Below the pieces are notes generated by a model. The model did not search any database and had not been told where the DNA came from. It saw only the letters and a program-made list of their open reading frames with translations. Source: Zancudomyces culisetae HAW-14-8 (lineage: Eukaryota > Fungi > Kickxellomycota). From it: a stretch of 64,000 bases of DNA. Made by a program: the position numbers and the translations under genes. The DNA lies in NCBI GenBank assembly GCA_052426225.1, contig JBNJNM010000015.1, positions 806,001 through 870,000 of the forward strand. The letters run 5' to 3'. Below, piece by piece: positions 12,120-24,648 of this stretch; position 1 is the first letter of the stretch; each line of letters opens with the position of its first letter.

Positions 12120-13376
12120 TTAACCCCTTGCTTGGTTGTAGGCAATAAGATTTGGAGATGCGGGATCAAGACCGGAAATAGCACCTCTGGTTGCGTAAAA
12201 CACCAGTGTACTCTTCATTTGGAAAAACGACATTGGAGTTCTAGCAATGCCCAAAAAGTAGGCCATTAACCCAGTTATGTGTGGTGCAGCCATGCTTGTT
12301 CCGGACAGCGTTGCAGTATCTGTATTTGAATTTTTTCCCGCTGAAAGGATGTTTTCGCCAGGCCCAAAAATACTGACACACTTTCCATAATTTGAAAAAC
12401 CTGATTTATTATCAGAAATGCCTATTGAGCCTACTGCTACTGCGTATTGAGCGGAAGCGGGTGAATACCCACATGCGTCCATATTATCATTTCCTGCACT
12501 GACTCCAAAATGAATGTTTTTACTCCCGGCTGCATCTACTGCATCATTTAATGACTGGACATAGGGGGACCCAAAGCTTAAATTTGCCACGGATAGCGCA
12601 CTATTTCCTCCTGTACTTCGCTGCATATGATCGTTAATCATAAAATCGATTCCTTTGATGATGCTTGTTGAGGATCCCACACCATTTGAACCAATCACTT
12701 TTATTCCCACAAGCGAAACTTTTTTAGCCACTCCAAAATTTATACCTCCGACTGTTCCAGCTACATGCGTTCCATGCCCATTTAGATCCTGTGGACCGTC
12801 ACCGTCTAAGGCTACGTATGCAACTCTGGCCCTTCCTTCAAATTCAACATTGCTTACATTTATTCCTGTATCCAGTATATATGCTGTTACTCCGGCACCA
12901 CTTGAGGAGTCATAGTAATATGAATATGGAGAGGATCCTAATCGATTTTTTTGCGAAATTCTAGCTAGTCCCCACCCAGCGTTTTGCTGAACATTATCGA
13001 CCCGTATCAGCGTTTCCCTTTCGACATATTTTACCTCTGGACTTAGTCTGATATATTTCAACAGTTTTTCATCAAAATTACCTGAATATCCCAGTATAGA
13101 GTGTTTGAATACTGCATCCACGTTATTAGTTGAATGCTTGTTATAGTTATTTGTTAGAACCACTTGAAAGTTTACTTTTTCTAAATGGTTATACAACACA
13201 GTTGCGTTTTCATTTGCCTTGGTCTCTAATACTACAATGTATTTATTTGGAACAACCTCTGCATTCTCTGCCTCAAACAGTGGTGCATATTTGGATGCTT
13301 CAAATATACTTTGCCTACTTTTCCAGGAATATGCGGTTGCCAGTGGCAGTAGAATAAAAAGTCGTTTGTAATGCAT
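12120..13376 (-). CDS. Subtilisin-like serine protease (S8A, proteinase K / proteinase B type) with signal peptide and I9 prodomain
   Basis: Catalytic motifs ILDTGI, HGTHVAG, GTSMAAPH; prodomain VPNKYIVVL; hydrophobic N-terminus. Confidence 0.95.
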   Translation of the reverse strand: MHYKRLFILLPLATAYSWKSRQSIFEASKYAPLFEAENAEVVPNKYIVVLETKANENATVLYNHLEKVNFQVVLTNNYNKHSTNNVDAVFKHSILGYSGNFDEKLLKYIRLSPEVKYVERETLIRVDNVQQNAGWGLARISQKNRLGSSPYSYYYDSSSGAGVTAYILDTGINVSNVEFEGRARVAYVALDGDGPQDLNGHGTHVAGTVGGINFGVAKKVSLVGIKVIGSNGVGSSTSIIKGIDFMINDHMQRSTGGNSALSVANLSFGSPYVQSLNDAVDAAGSKNIHFGVSAGNDNMDACGYSPASAQYAVAVGSIGISDNKSGFSNYGKCVSIFGPGENILSAGKNSNTDTATLSGTSMAAPHITGLMAYFLGIARTPMSFFQMKSTLVFYATRGAISGLDPASPNLIAYNQARG

Positions 13377-14831
13377 AATATGAGCGTTTATTTTTCCGCA
13401 GTTTGAATGAATGGGTTAGATTTATCGCTTATATTTTTAGAGATGTATTGTACTATTAATGGTTTTAGATGTTGATATACAATATATATACATTATTTAT
13501 GTAATTATCTATAAAATTTTCTAGTAATATAAAAGCTATTTAATAATTACTTAAAGGTAAAAATTAAAGTCCAAGTCATGTGTTTCTTGAAAGTAAAAAA
13601 AACCTTTAGCCTTTGTTATAATTAGCAAAACCCTTGTAGTAAAAATTTCACAATGGGACAAGGATACTAGGGCTGATGATCATTGCCTTGAAAATATGAC
13701 TATACACCATTATAGGTATATTACCATTTTAATTCACAAATTCTGTTAAATTAATCGGAAGTAAAAAAAAGCTTTTAATACTCAGTATGTTCATGTGACT
13801 TAGTTTTTCCCGGCTGTAATTTTACCCTCTTCGTAATTTTTTTTACAATATATATATTTAATAAAAAAAGTTAAAAATAATACTATTTAAATATCACCAG
13901 ATCAAGGGGCTTTTCATGTGTACCCAGAATTAATATGGGACACAAAGAATATAATAAAAATTATATATTAATAACAATCAATCTAAAATGATTGAAAACT
14001 CAATTAATTTAAAGACAACAATTACTTAGTACAACTAAATTAAATTAATTCAAATAATTAGAAATCCAAAAACGAAAAAAAAGTATAATTGTTGTAATTA
14101 TTAGTATATACATTGTATAATCTGAGAAAAAAAATAAAAAGAAATTGAATATCTAAGCCAAAGCCAATAATATAGTAAAACAATATCACATAAATAGATT
14201 AATTATGTTTTGCTTGACCTATCCAGATTCAATTATGTGTGTATCTATTTTTATTTTAAATTGATTAACTTTCCTAGAAACACGTTTATATCAATTAATC
14301 CACTACACTCATTAAGACAAAAAAATTAATCGATAAATAGTGTTAAATTTAGTCCATAAAAGTAACTGTTTAGTTTAAATAGACATCAATTAAAATTACT
14401 ATCAAATAATTAAAAATAACTAAATAAAAAATTTGAACCATAAATAAACTGATGTACACTGTTTCCTGTTGTATCTTTACATCTTTTCTTTAGTTAGGTA
14501 CATAACTAGCATATAAGGAATACATACTATTTAAAATTTAAAGCTAAATTTTCAAATTGAGTCTAAATGCAAACATTTCAATTGAATTTTTGCAACAGAT
14601 TTTGTAGAGATTATCAGCAGTTGAGAAACAAACCGCACTAAATGATCACATGTCAGTATCAGAAATCAGTGATTCAGCAAACATCACTACACCATCAATT
14701 ATTGACGCAGTAGATAAGACTAAATTGAAGGCTATGTGGTTGCCAGATTTACACCATCAAACCTCGTCATATATCCATAGTTGTTAAAAGCGCTACCAAC
14801 AATTGAATAAATTTTTTTTGGACACAACTGG

Positions 14832-15100
14832 TGTTATGTACTAATGCTATAAAAAATGTTGTGCTAATATACAATATGTGTTAATTCGTATTAATGTTAT
14901 ATAATGTTTACCATTAATATTATTTAATCATTATTTAATTATTAGTTTTAGTTTAATATACGTTTTATTAGTATCCTAATACTATAAGAAGGTAATCGTT
15001 TCGCTTAAATACAACTATGCAGTCAATCTTGTGTCTCTATAATTAATTATTTAATAATTTATTAGTATCATTACTGTGTGTTGTGGTTAAATAATTGACT
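14832..15100 (+). mobile_element. Diverged LTR relic related to the gypsy 5' LTR
   Basis: Colinear matches to the minus-strand LTR: TGTTATG start, ATTAGTTTTAGTTTAAT (17 bp exact), TATAA, GTCAATCT, ATTACTGTGTGTT. No TSD found. Confidence 0.65.
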
Positions 15101-15769
15101 AAAACATTTTAAAATCTGCTTATGTAAAAGTTGATATCAATGCAATAAATATATTTTTGGGTACTAACTGTACGCTTTTTCTAACTTTTAATTAGCTCTT
15201 CATATGTCTCCTCAAACTTTCTAACTCCATTATTGTATTTAATCTCTTTTTCATTTATTTCTCGTCTGTAATCAAGCCCATTCTCTTTTAGCATTTGTAT
15301 TCTGCATTTTTATCTTAGATTATCTTTTGCTTTTTCGGGTTTTTATGCTCTAGAAACGATAAATATAGAATATAAATCCTCAATAGAACATGATAAGATA
15401 GTTTACAAAAAAAAATGGGTTTCTTACCTTCATCCGAATCAGACACCAGATCTTTGTGATCCCATCGCGACTTTTTTTCGTTCATTCTAGAGCTACTTTA
15501 TTTTTTCTTGCTTTTTATGTTAAGATTCATAAGCTAACGCCTCAACTTTTAAATCAATAATTTCTTGTTACTCTGTAAATATTTGACTTTTTTAATTTTT
15601 ATTTGAGTTTTATCTAATCAAAATTACATCAATATAATAGATTTTGTATTTTTTGTTATAAAAAGCACAATCTACAATATTTGAAAAACTCAAACCTCAA
15701 AACACAAAGTATAAAAATAAAATAGATGCGAATGAGGTTGAAGTTAAATAAACCAGATGTTCTATGTAG

Positions 15770-17452
15770 TTATGAGCACTTCCAGGGCCTTTGTATAGCG
15801 TAGAGACCCGATGTTTTATTGCGATCCGATAAAATTGTGTAGTGCGAGGTATCAAAATCATCAGATTTACTATTTCTTTGGGAGCGGTAATTTGGAAAGA
15901 ATTCAAAATTTCGTATAAGGATGGCCATTACCAACTTGATTATGGCAACTGAATACATTCTAGCAAGGCAAATACGGCCTCCAGCACCCCAAATTAAATT
16001 GGCCAATGAGGCATCAGAAAGCTTCATTCCAAGACGAATATGCCGCTTATAGTCGAAGCTATTTGCGTTGGGTCCAAATAGTTTTGGGTTTCTGTTGTGT
16101 GTTTGAATGTTAAAGCATACATACTCACCCTTAGGTACAGTTACACCATTTGACATTACTACATCTTGAGTTGTATTACGAAGCATAAATGTTGTTCCGC
16201 CTGACATTCTAAAACACTCTTTGATAAACGCATCAAGTAATACCATCTCATCCAGCATCTCAAACGAAATGTGTGTGGATCCGTTGTTCATTTCGATTAG
16301 AGAAAGTTGTTCTTCTAGTAATTCCTTGCACTCTTCATGTCTTATGCTGAGCTCTATTACCAGACTGTATAACCTATTCGCTATTATCATTATCCCCGAT
16401 TCTATAACACGTTGAAGTTGGAATCCCATTTTCACTACATCCTCCTCTACATAATTGCTATTATCCACCAAGAACTGAATTATATCCATGGGTTTGCCAA
16501 ATTCGGGCAAATATTTCCTACGCTTTGATTCCAGTTCGATGTACTCGAATATGTAGTTTTTTCCCACATCCCCGTTTCTGAACAACATAGAGCAGAGATT
16601 CTCGCTGTATATATCAATAGAGGTACGATCCATCGATTTTAACAAACAATCTACTAGCTCTTTATCCTTAATCGCATATGGTCCCAAATATCTAAATATG
16701 ACCGCGTACTCCATTATTTCACGTACTAGATCCTCTAGACTTTCGATTTGAATTTCATTGTTCGCATATATTTTTCCCGAATTTTGTACTTTCTTAATTA
16801 TTACTTTCTCCAAGCTCGGCTGTATTGCAGAAATCGACTCTGGCAAGTCAACATACGAAGAAAAATATACTAAATACCTCGCTAGTAACGTATCTCTTGC
16901 ATGTTCACCCCTTGTGATCACTGTATACTTGTGACGTATCATGTTTCTAGCCTTGTTTATATTGAGTATTTTATCGGGAAACATTGTATACTCATTTGAA
17001 AATTTACCACCCACTAACATAACCTTTGAATTTAAGAATATGGTATTAATACTATCGTTCATTTCCTCGCCCAGAAAATATTCTCTGAATTTCTTCGAAC
17101 TCGTATCAAGCTTCGACATATCACACAAAGTGCTATAGACTTTTTTTCTTCCATATGGTACCGCAAGCTCTTTTAGAATCGTTTTAAACTTTTTAACAAT
17201 GCCAGCGTAAAGCACAATGACCCCAAATGAACCTCGTAGTAGTGCTAACACTAGTCTCCATATCCAAATGCCGTCTGTGCAAAAATCTAAACCCATACCA
17301 TTTAACACTACAATGGCCACTGATAGATTTATAAAGACGTGAATAAGAGCATTATTCTGTATAGTATCCCTTGCTGCTCTAACAAAATCTGTAGTCCCAG
17401 TTGCCCAATTGACAAAATTGAGAAAGTAATAAAGTACTTTAACCATATCCAT
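15770..17452 (-). CDS. Cytochrome P450, atypical
   Basis: N-terminal TM segments, ExxR (KECFR), heme motif WGAGGRICLAR; I-helix lacks AGxxT. Confidence 0.9.
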   Translation of the reverse strand: MDMVKVLYYFLNFVNWATGTTDFVRAARDTIQNNALIHVFINLSVAIVVLNGMGLDFCTDGIWIWRLVLALLRGSFGVIVLYAGIVKKFKTILKELAVPYGRKKVYSTLCDMSKLDTSSKKFREYFLGEEMNDSINTIFLNSKVMLVGGKFSNEYTMFPDKILNINKARNMIRHKYTVITRGEHARDTLLARYLVYFSSYVDLPESISAIQPSLEKVIIKKVQNSGKIYANNEIQIESLEDLVREIMEYAVIFRYLGPYAIKDKELVDCLLKSMDRTSIDIYSENLCSMLFRNGDVGKNYIFEYIELESKRRKYLPEFGKPMDIIQFLVDNSNYVEEDVVKMGFQLQRVIESGIMIIANRLYSLVIELSIRHEECKELLEEQLSLIEMNNGSTHISFEMLDEMVLLDAFIKECFRMSGGTTFMLRNTTQDVVMSNGVTVPKGEYVCFNIQTHNRNPKLFGPNANSFDYKRHIRLGMKLSDASLANLIWGAGGRICLARMYSVAIIKLVMAILIRNFEFFPNYRSQRNSKSDDFDTSHYTILSDRNKTSGLYAIQRPWKCS

Positions 17453-18820
17453 TGAGGAATATTATTTGACACTTCTTTGTTTATATATCCATTTTTTAGT
17501 AAATACATATGCAATAGACATCTTTCGGAATTAAATACACATCCCCACTTCCTATTATATAATAGAAAAGTTGTCCACTGTTAAAATGCCAAATCATCCA
17601 ATAAACTGATATTCCGATTTCACTGATGCTAAGACTATTGGCTTTAACCAATACCTTTTTTTCATTTGTGACACTGTTGAAAAATTTTTATCTATGCGAA
17701 ATAGGTTTATATAAATTATATTAATCACACAAATATCCCTTCCAATTGATTTGAAGTAAACTTTACAATCATAATAATTTTCACAACGTTACACCAATTT
17801 GAATTATTTTATTATTGTGCCTGTTTTATTCTTGATAGCCTTTTAAACAAATATCACGCTATATACAAAAAGGTGAGAACCTAGAAAGTATTAAGCAACT
17901 AGCAATTAGGTTTCATGATTCATCAAGAAAAACATCCAGAATAGTACTACCAACCAAGCTCACTTTGTCCCTCTAAAAAGTCTGTGGTTTTTCTAGCCAG
18001 ATGGATTTATTGTTTAAGTATGTTGAAAAGTTATGTATTCGGATTTTAGTTGACAATTCAAAATGACTTACGAACCCCAGATAAATTATTGACAAAAAAC
18101 GATGGCTGGAATTGTGGTGATATCATCAGATTATTTCCGCAATCATTTAACCTAACTAAATGTCTACACGTAACCGACTCACAGCTTAACTAGCTAGTGT
18201 TATCATTATCTTTACTCTTTTGAGTTCATGGTTTATTTATATATTAAGTTCCTAGTGTTTCCGGTTCTCTGTGTTTTATATCCCACATATGAAATGTTGG
18301 CCAAAATAGACTAAAACAAATTTTTTTGATGACAATGTATTTACTATAGTATACATAAGTATTTAGGAATAGTGTTTTAATTGACTATTGTATAAAATAG
18401 GAGTATGAGAATAAATAGAAAAGGGCATTGAACCTATATCTTAGAAATAAAGATTATTTTTAAAACATAAAATACTAGAACAAAACTGCAATTATGGTTA
18501 CTTGAATACATATCACTAAGATTTTGCTATAGGGTATACTAAGTTAGTCGCGATCAAGACTCCAGTTGATTTAGTTTGCTGAATTGGTTTACCTTTTAGA
18601 AACACTATTTACCAAAATAAATATATTTGTACAATCATCAATATTTTCTTAACAGTTTTCAAAATAACCCTACTTTGGTAATAGCCAGAATAATAATGCA
18701 GCATCTCACAAAAGAAAAAAAAGTCACAACAAATACCATCTGAACCCACAAAAAGCGATCCTAAACATCATAAAACCATTTTTTTCTAGGGGCTCTACAT
18801 ATATCGAGTGACATTTTTGT

Positions 18821-18966
18821 TTTTTTTTGTTAAATGAATTTATTAAATAAATATCACACAGAACTACAAAAAAAGAATCCTATAAAATATCTCTAATCAA
18901 TTTTCCACCGTCCCTCTAAGGCTCTATAACACACCCCCTTTGATTCAAGGGAGTTTTTTCTCTCTC
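18821..18966 (-). mobile_element. 5'-truncated LINE 3' end (family B relic)
   Basis: T run then clear similarity to 49019-49165 and 53322-53455 (AAATAAATATCACA..AATCCTATAAAATATCT..CCGTCCCTCTA..TTCAAG). Confidence 0.8.
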
Positions 18967-19181
18967 GACAGTCTGTATCAAATAATCCTATTGTGTTTAG
19001 TTATATAAAAGATTTTTATAATCGTTAAACCAAACTAAGCATTAGTGCCCTAGTGCAAATATTTGGTTCCTAGTTGTTTTATTAACTTTTAAATTACTTT
19101 CTTATTTAAAAAAATGCCAAACTTATTTACAAAAGTTATTTTTCAAAACCTCAATTACAATCAAAATAAAATACTACGCAT

Positions 19182-22100
19182 TCAATCTCCGCTTGCAGAT
19201 ACTTTTACTGCACTATCTTTAGTATTATCGTTACTTTCACCCAACTCTTTATCAATCTTGGTAGCAAGATCTCTGGCAATTTTGGAAGATTTCGAGAACT
19301 TTTTCAGAGCTTCTTGACCTCTAGCTAACATAAAAGTGCTCGGTTTACCACCTCTTCCCTTTTTTACCACACCTCTTACGTGCCTATCTTTCATTTCAGT
19401 AAATCTTTGAAATACATAATTTTTACAGAGCTGTGACCCTTCCAAGTCCTGAATCATTTTTGCTATCGTAGGATGCGAAAAGCCAAAATAGTCTGGCCCA
19501 GACGCGGAATTCGAGTGTTCCCTTTTTCGAATTTTGTTTACAAGTTTTACAGCAGTTGTCCAAGCACCAGTGGCCGTATGTGCTATTATTGGCTTGCCGG
19601 GCATATCCTCAGACTCAATATAAAACCGGGGACCATCGCCGCCATCATCGATTCTACACGTGTAAATAACATTTTTTTCCGGATCTATCATACTTCCATA
19701 CTCTCTTTGAACAACATATCCCACAGGCCATATATACCTTTCATTATGGAATGTTTCACGATCTGTCACTATTTTTCCCAAATTGAGTAGAGTTAAAATT
19801 CCCACCTGTATTGGCAATATATAGTTCCCATCGGCATCTTTTGGAACAGGTTGAACCGACCTTATTCGAGATGAAAGTTCAACTTGTCTTTTTCTTTTTT
19901 TACCACCAGGCATTCCAACTGAATGTGAAATTCCATTTCGTGACATTAACAGTCGTTTGTGTGCTAGGAGCTTTTGGTTTTTAGGTAAAGGACCCGATGA
20001 ATTGGATCCAGCAGTTTTAGGTGGATATATGTTTATAACTCTGGGTGCTATTTTGCCTCTGTGAAAAGAAAGGCCATTTGAAGAGTAATGTTCATTGCCA
20101 TACTTATTATCAAACGGATGGGATAGTTCGGCATCAAAGTATAAACCGTCGTTTTTTGTAGGTACAAAATTTTGGTCAGTACTGTTTGTCTTTAGTAACC
20201 TCGTTGTTTTGATAGGCGGTGAATCTGGTACCGTGTTATATGCTGGTCTACTAGTTGCTACTATTATCATTCCATCATTGCGTGGATTTTTAATTGTATT
20301 TTTGTACCTGGTGGTGAAGTCCATTTCATTTTTGTTTGAGGTCCACGTTTGGTCAAAATAGTCTTCCTTCCTGCTCGCTTTTTCATTGGGGTTGCCTGTA
20401 CCCTCATTATTTTCTAAGGGTTTAGCCTCGCAAGTATAGCTTTTACCTAAATAGAAACTTTGACTCCTGTGTATGTCTATTTTTTCCTCGCTTCCCATTG
20501 GTCTGAGAGGATTAGACTTTTCTTTAGTACCATTTGATATCTTACTGTTTTGACCTGAAGTACTCAAGGTATTATTTAAAGGTGTGATTAATTCACCGGT
20601 GTCATCCAATACATAGTTTCCTGGATACGTCTTTCGACGATGACTATTATTTTTTTCGTTTATATTATTTCCAAAGCCTTGGTATCTCAAAAAATTTGGT
20701 TCCTGAATTCCAGAAGCATCTTTTTCTGGCGCTATTAGTTAATTAGTACATTTATAATTTTTTTAAAAGGCTATACCTAAAGATCGAAGTTTAAACCTAT
20801 TATATGGATATTTATAACTATTTTGCGTACCCAGGTATGTCGAAGAATTTCTCATTCTGTTTCTATCACAATAGAGTTGGTAACCTTTTTCGCCAAGAAT
20901 GGGAGGTTCTATTGATAGCGAGTTGAACTTATAGTTCCTAACAATGTTCGATTCGCACAATCTGAAAGATGGTATCATTTCTAAATAAAAATAAAATTAC
21001 ATACCTTTTAATACTGGCAGAGAACGGTTAAAAATACAATTCATCTCATTATTCATCAAAACATCGGTTTTTCGGGTCGCTTCAGAAGTCGATACTGATC
21101 CTTGTCTCTGCATCTCTGGTAACGAACTCACAGCGCTACAGTTGTTTTTTTCTCTCGAACTTTTTTTTTCATAGTTATGTATTTTTGAATTTAGCTCTTC
21201 AATCTCATTTTGAGCGTTTTTCAGAGTTTTCTGAAAGTACTTGACATTCTACGTATGTAAATCGAAGTTTTGACGGTATACGTTAAAAGTTATTCATTAA
21301 ATATATATCTTCTCTCAAATGAAACACATACCTTTTTAGAATCAAGGTACTTCTGCTTCAAAAGTTTGTATTTATCACACAATGCAACACTGACTTCTAG
21401 AGGCTCACCCTTCTCGTCATCCAATCTGGACCTAAACTCAGCTAATCCATCTTCATCAATATCACTGTCACTCTCACTGTCCTCATCATAGTCGCTGTTG
21501 TAGTCACAGCTGTAGTTTTTATATCCCACATAATCTTCATTTAGCTCGACACTAGATAAATTTGATTTAACTCTCTCTCTTCCTGAATAGGCGGTAATAT
21601 TGCGAGAGTAGGCAGGGCTATTCCTCTCATAGGCATCGTTATTATAGTAATGTACCATAACTTCGTCCCTATCGAAGCTTCCGCCAGTGTCATTTTTATA
21701 TCTCACAGTTCCATTATTAGAACCTATTCTGTGTACAATTTTGTGTGGTATTGCATTCGAACTTTTCATAAATACTTTAGAGTTTTCGAATTTTTTATTC
21801 AAAACATCTCTATTTAATTTAATTTTTTTTGCGCTTCCATGAAAACCCACACTCATTTTTACACATTCTAGGGTATCAGCATTAGCTTCATAGTAGCTTG
21901 TATTGGTATAAACATGCTGGTATCTTCTAATTGACGCTGTTTTGTGATTATTAATAGCTGTATACTCCTCATTTTCACCTTCTTTGATAGTCCCATAGCG
22001 CATTCCATCGCTGTAAGCAGCAGCTTCAGTACCTTTTATGCCATTCTGGCCATTTTCCACTTTCTCATTAATCGTAGATTCTTTACCGCTCTGAACAGAC

Positions 22101-22213
22101 TTCTCGCCTATTGGGCTGTTATTTTCCTTATTTTGCTGATCTGGGGCAAATTCAATTATATTCTCAATGGTAAACGCAAGAGTTTCCAAGCCATTTGCGA
22201 ATCTATTTTCCAT
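19182..22213 (-). CDS. FYRN/FYRC-domain protein (TBRG1/NIAM-like), predicted 4 exons, ~959 aa
   Basis: C-terminal FYRN/FYRC motifs (LGKIVTDRETFHNERYIWPVGY, TATGAW, SGPDYFGFSHP). Exons 22213-21332, 21248-21005, 20980-20777, 20731-19182 join in frame via GT-AG introns of 83, 24 and 45 nt (hand-checked). Confidence 0.85.
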
Positions 22214-23076
22214 TCTAGCCTGTAGTGCATAAGCCGTTTTTTTTGTTCCGTGCTACGTTTATTGTTAACACTCTGGTGCAGAGATGTTTACCACTTTGTT
22301 ACTATTACTTCCTTATTAACGACGATTTAGGTTAGAGTAAAAGGCAATAAGTTTTTTTCAATTCCCGATTAAATACTCACAAAGTGAAAATGTTATTATA
22401 AGGTATCCTCCTAAATGAATTACGCTTTTTCATACATCTATACTTATACGTTCAATCTGATAGCCTTAGAGAGCGTAAGGAATCAAACCAAGACTAAAAA
22501 CAAAACCAAAACTAAAATCAAAATCAATCCAACCTCAAAAGCCTGGCTTGTATATACTCTACCTCGATTTAAGTGTAATACAAAATGGTTTATACCTTCA
22601 TCAACTATAATAAAGGTTTGAGTATCTTATATTAGCAATAAATCGAGTATAAAAAAGGCAATACACCATTGATCTATATATACTTCTTTATCTAATTGCT
22701 AATCTAGAATAATATGTTCCAAAGTTGAAAGCCAGCTTCAGTTTCTAGCATTCATTGGCTTTAAAAACTTCCTTATTTGCACTTTATTCTTTGCTCTGTA
22801 GTTTAATTCCATTAAAAGTCGATACAAATACGAATATCAAATTTTATATTAATTTAATAAAAACCAGCCCATTATCTTCTTGTATTTTGTATTGCTTCAT
22901 TCTACAAGCTTTATTACTTTAAAGAAAAGGTGTTCAGAATTTTTTTGAAAAATTGCATTCGGAAATAAATGAGTGGTTGGCTTAAGATTGAAGAATAATT
23001 AAAGTTCTAGAGGTTAAAAGTGTACATTAAAATTAGTGCTTGGTCTTTCCTTTGAGGATTTGTTGATTAATTTTGT

Positions 23077-23158
23077 AATTGGAATTGGAATTAGAATTGG
23101 AATTAGAATTGGAATTTGGATTGGAGTTGGAGTTGTGATTGGAATTGGGATTAGGATT
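23077..23158. repeat. Degenerate hexamer repeat (ATTGGA)n
   Basis: About 13 imperfect units; minus strand would encode NP/NS repeats. Confidence 0.85.
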
Positions 23159-23585
23159 GACCCTTGAATGCCAGCTAAAAAAACACAAAATAATAAATAC
23201 ATATAAATGCAAATATTTAAGAACATGGCAGTATTAACATGAAATTTGCTCAAATAATTTGGGTCCTAGAGCAGAAAGGACTAAAAATTAGCTACAAAAA
23301 CAGTGTGCTTGCTTAGAAATTATTTGTGGTGGAGAAATTTGAAGTGCTCGATAGTGTTCAATAGGAGTGTAAACACTTTTTTTATAAAAAAAAATATCCA
23401 TCATTAACCTGCTAAATATGTTAAAGGTGGAACTATAAACCACGGGGGATTAATATAAAATGCAAAGAAAATGATAAAAAAAGCCATAGGTTGACGAAAA
23501 TGTAAATGTTGTTAACAATTGAAGTAAGAATATGCCGAATGGAAGTTGAGAACAAACAAACAATATGTGGAAGGTATGGTGAACA

Positions 23586-23731
23586 GCTAGGAACTATCAA
23601 TGTTTTGCACCTAGTGCATTGGCAGATCTGTGGTTCCTACATGAAAAGCAATTTATGCAGGTGGTTTTCTTGACATATCAAAACCCTTAGCTTTGGGCCA
23701 ATTACGTTTTATACGTCTAATCCTCACAGAA
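23586..23731 (+). ncRNA. Candidate box H/ACA snoRNA-like RNA
   Basis: Hairpin TAGGAAC..GTTCCTA with internal loop and upper stem TGCAC/GTGCA, ACATGA (ANANNA) at 23639-23644, a second weaker hairpin, ACA at 23726-23728. Folded by eye only. Confidence 0.3.
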
Positions 23732-24648
23732 CTGCGACCTGGCCAATTACCAAGCCATCTGGCTAAACAATGCGGGCTTACTAGAACAACAAAAAGCACC
23801 TAATCAAAACACCAATTGGTCAGAACATTCGTTCTCTTTATCTATAAATATCTCAACCTAACTTTTAGTTTACTGTTATACTCTCTAAAAATAATACCCT
23901 TTTATGTGTTCACTTTACTTTGTCAAATAAACAACGCGCTTGAAAAAAAAGCCTCTGGCAAATACAGAAAAAGTAGCTATGTTTGTCAGAAACAGAATAA
24001 AGTAACACGATGAAATATACTAAATCATGCCTGGTCCGCAATACAAGAACGAAAAGTATCCAGGTTGTAAATGAAAATAAGAAAGTTCGACCAACCACAG
24101 GTTTTCAAGCTTTCTGTAACATCAGAGTATCGGAACTATACATTACGTAAACAATGGTAAACCATGTAAAGTATTTAAAAGCAAATGGGAATAACTAGCC
24201 ACAAATCATACCAGTACAAACAAAACAATTCTCAAGACAAAATCTTTTAAATCGCCGAGATTAGGGCATACAAGTTTTTATGATCAGCAACACTATATTC
24301 TGTATTAGACCCATCGAAAATCCAAACACCCCCTTAACCATTTGAGGGGAAAGTGAGTGCCAGGAAACGGGTGCTGATATAGCAAATAGCCTAAAAAAAA
24401 AGGTGGAAAACAGTAATACGGTAAAATATATTACATTTACCTGAACAAACAGCGAGTTAAAACAATTAAAAACTCTTATGTACATCTAAAATCACAAGAT
24501 CCCAAGCTCGTTTTAAAATGCCAGGTTTATAGCATGTGCCTTTTATTTTCTATTTACAGGAGAACGAAAAATTTGCTCAAATTAATCTTGTTAGTGACAT
24601 GATTGTATTTCACAACAGCTTACCTGAAATATTGTGTGAGTTGACCTT

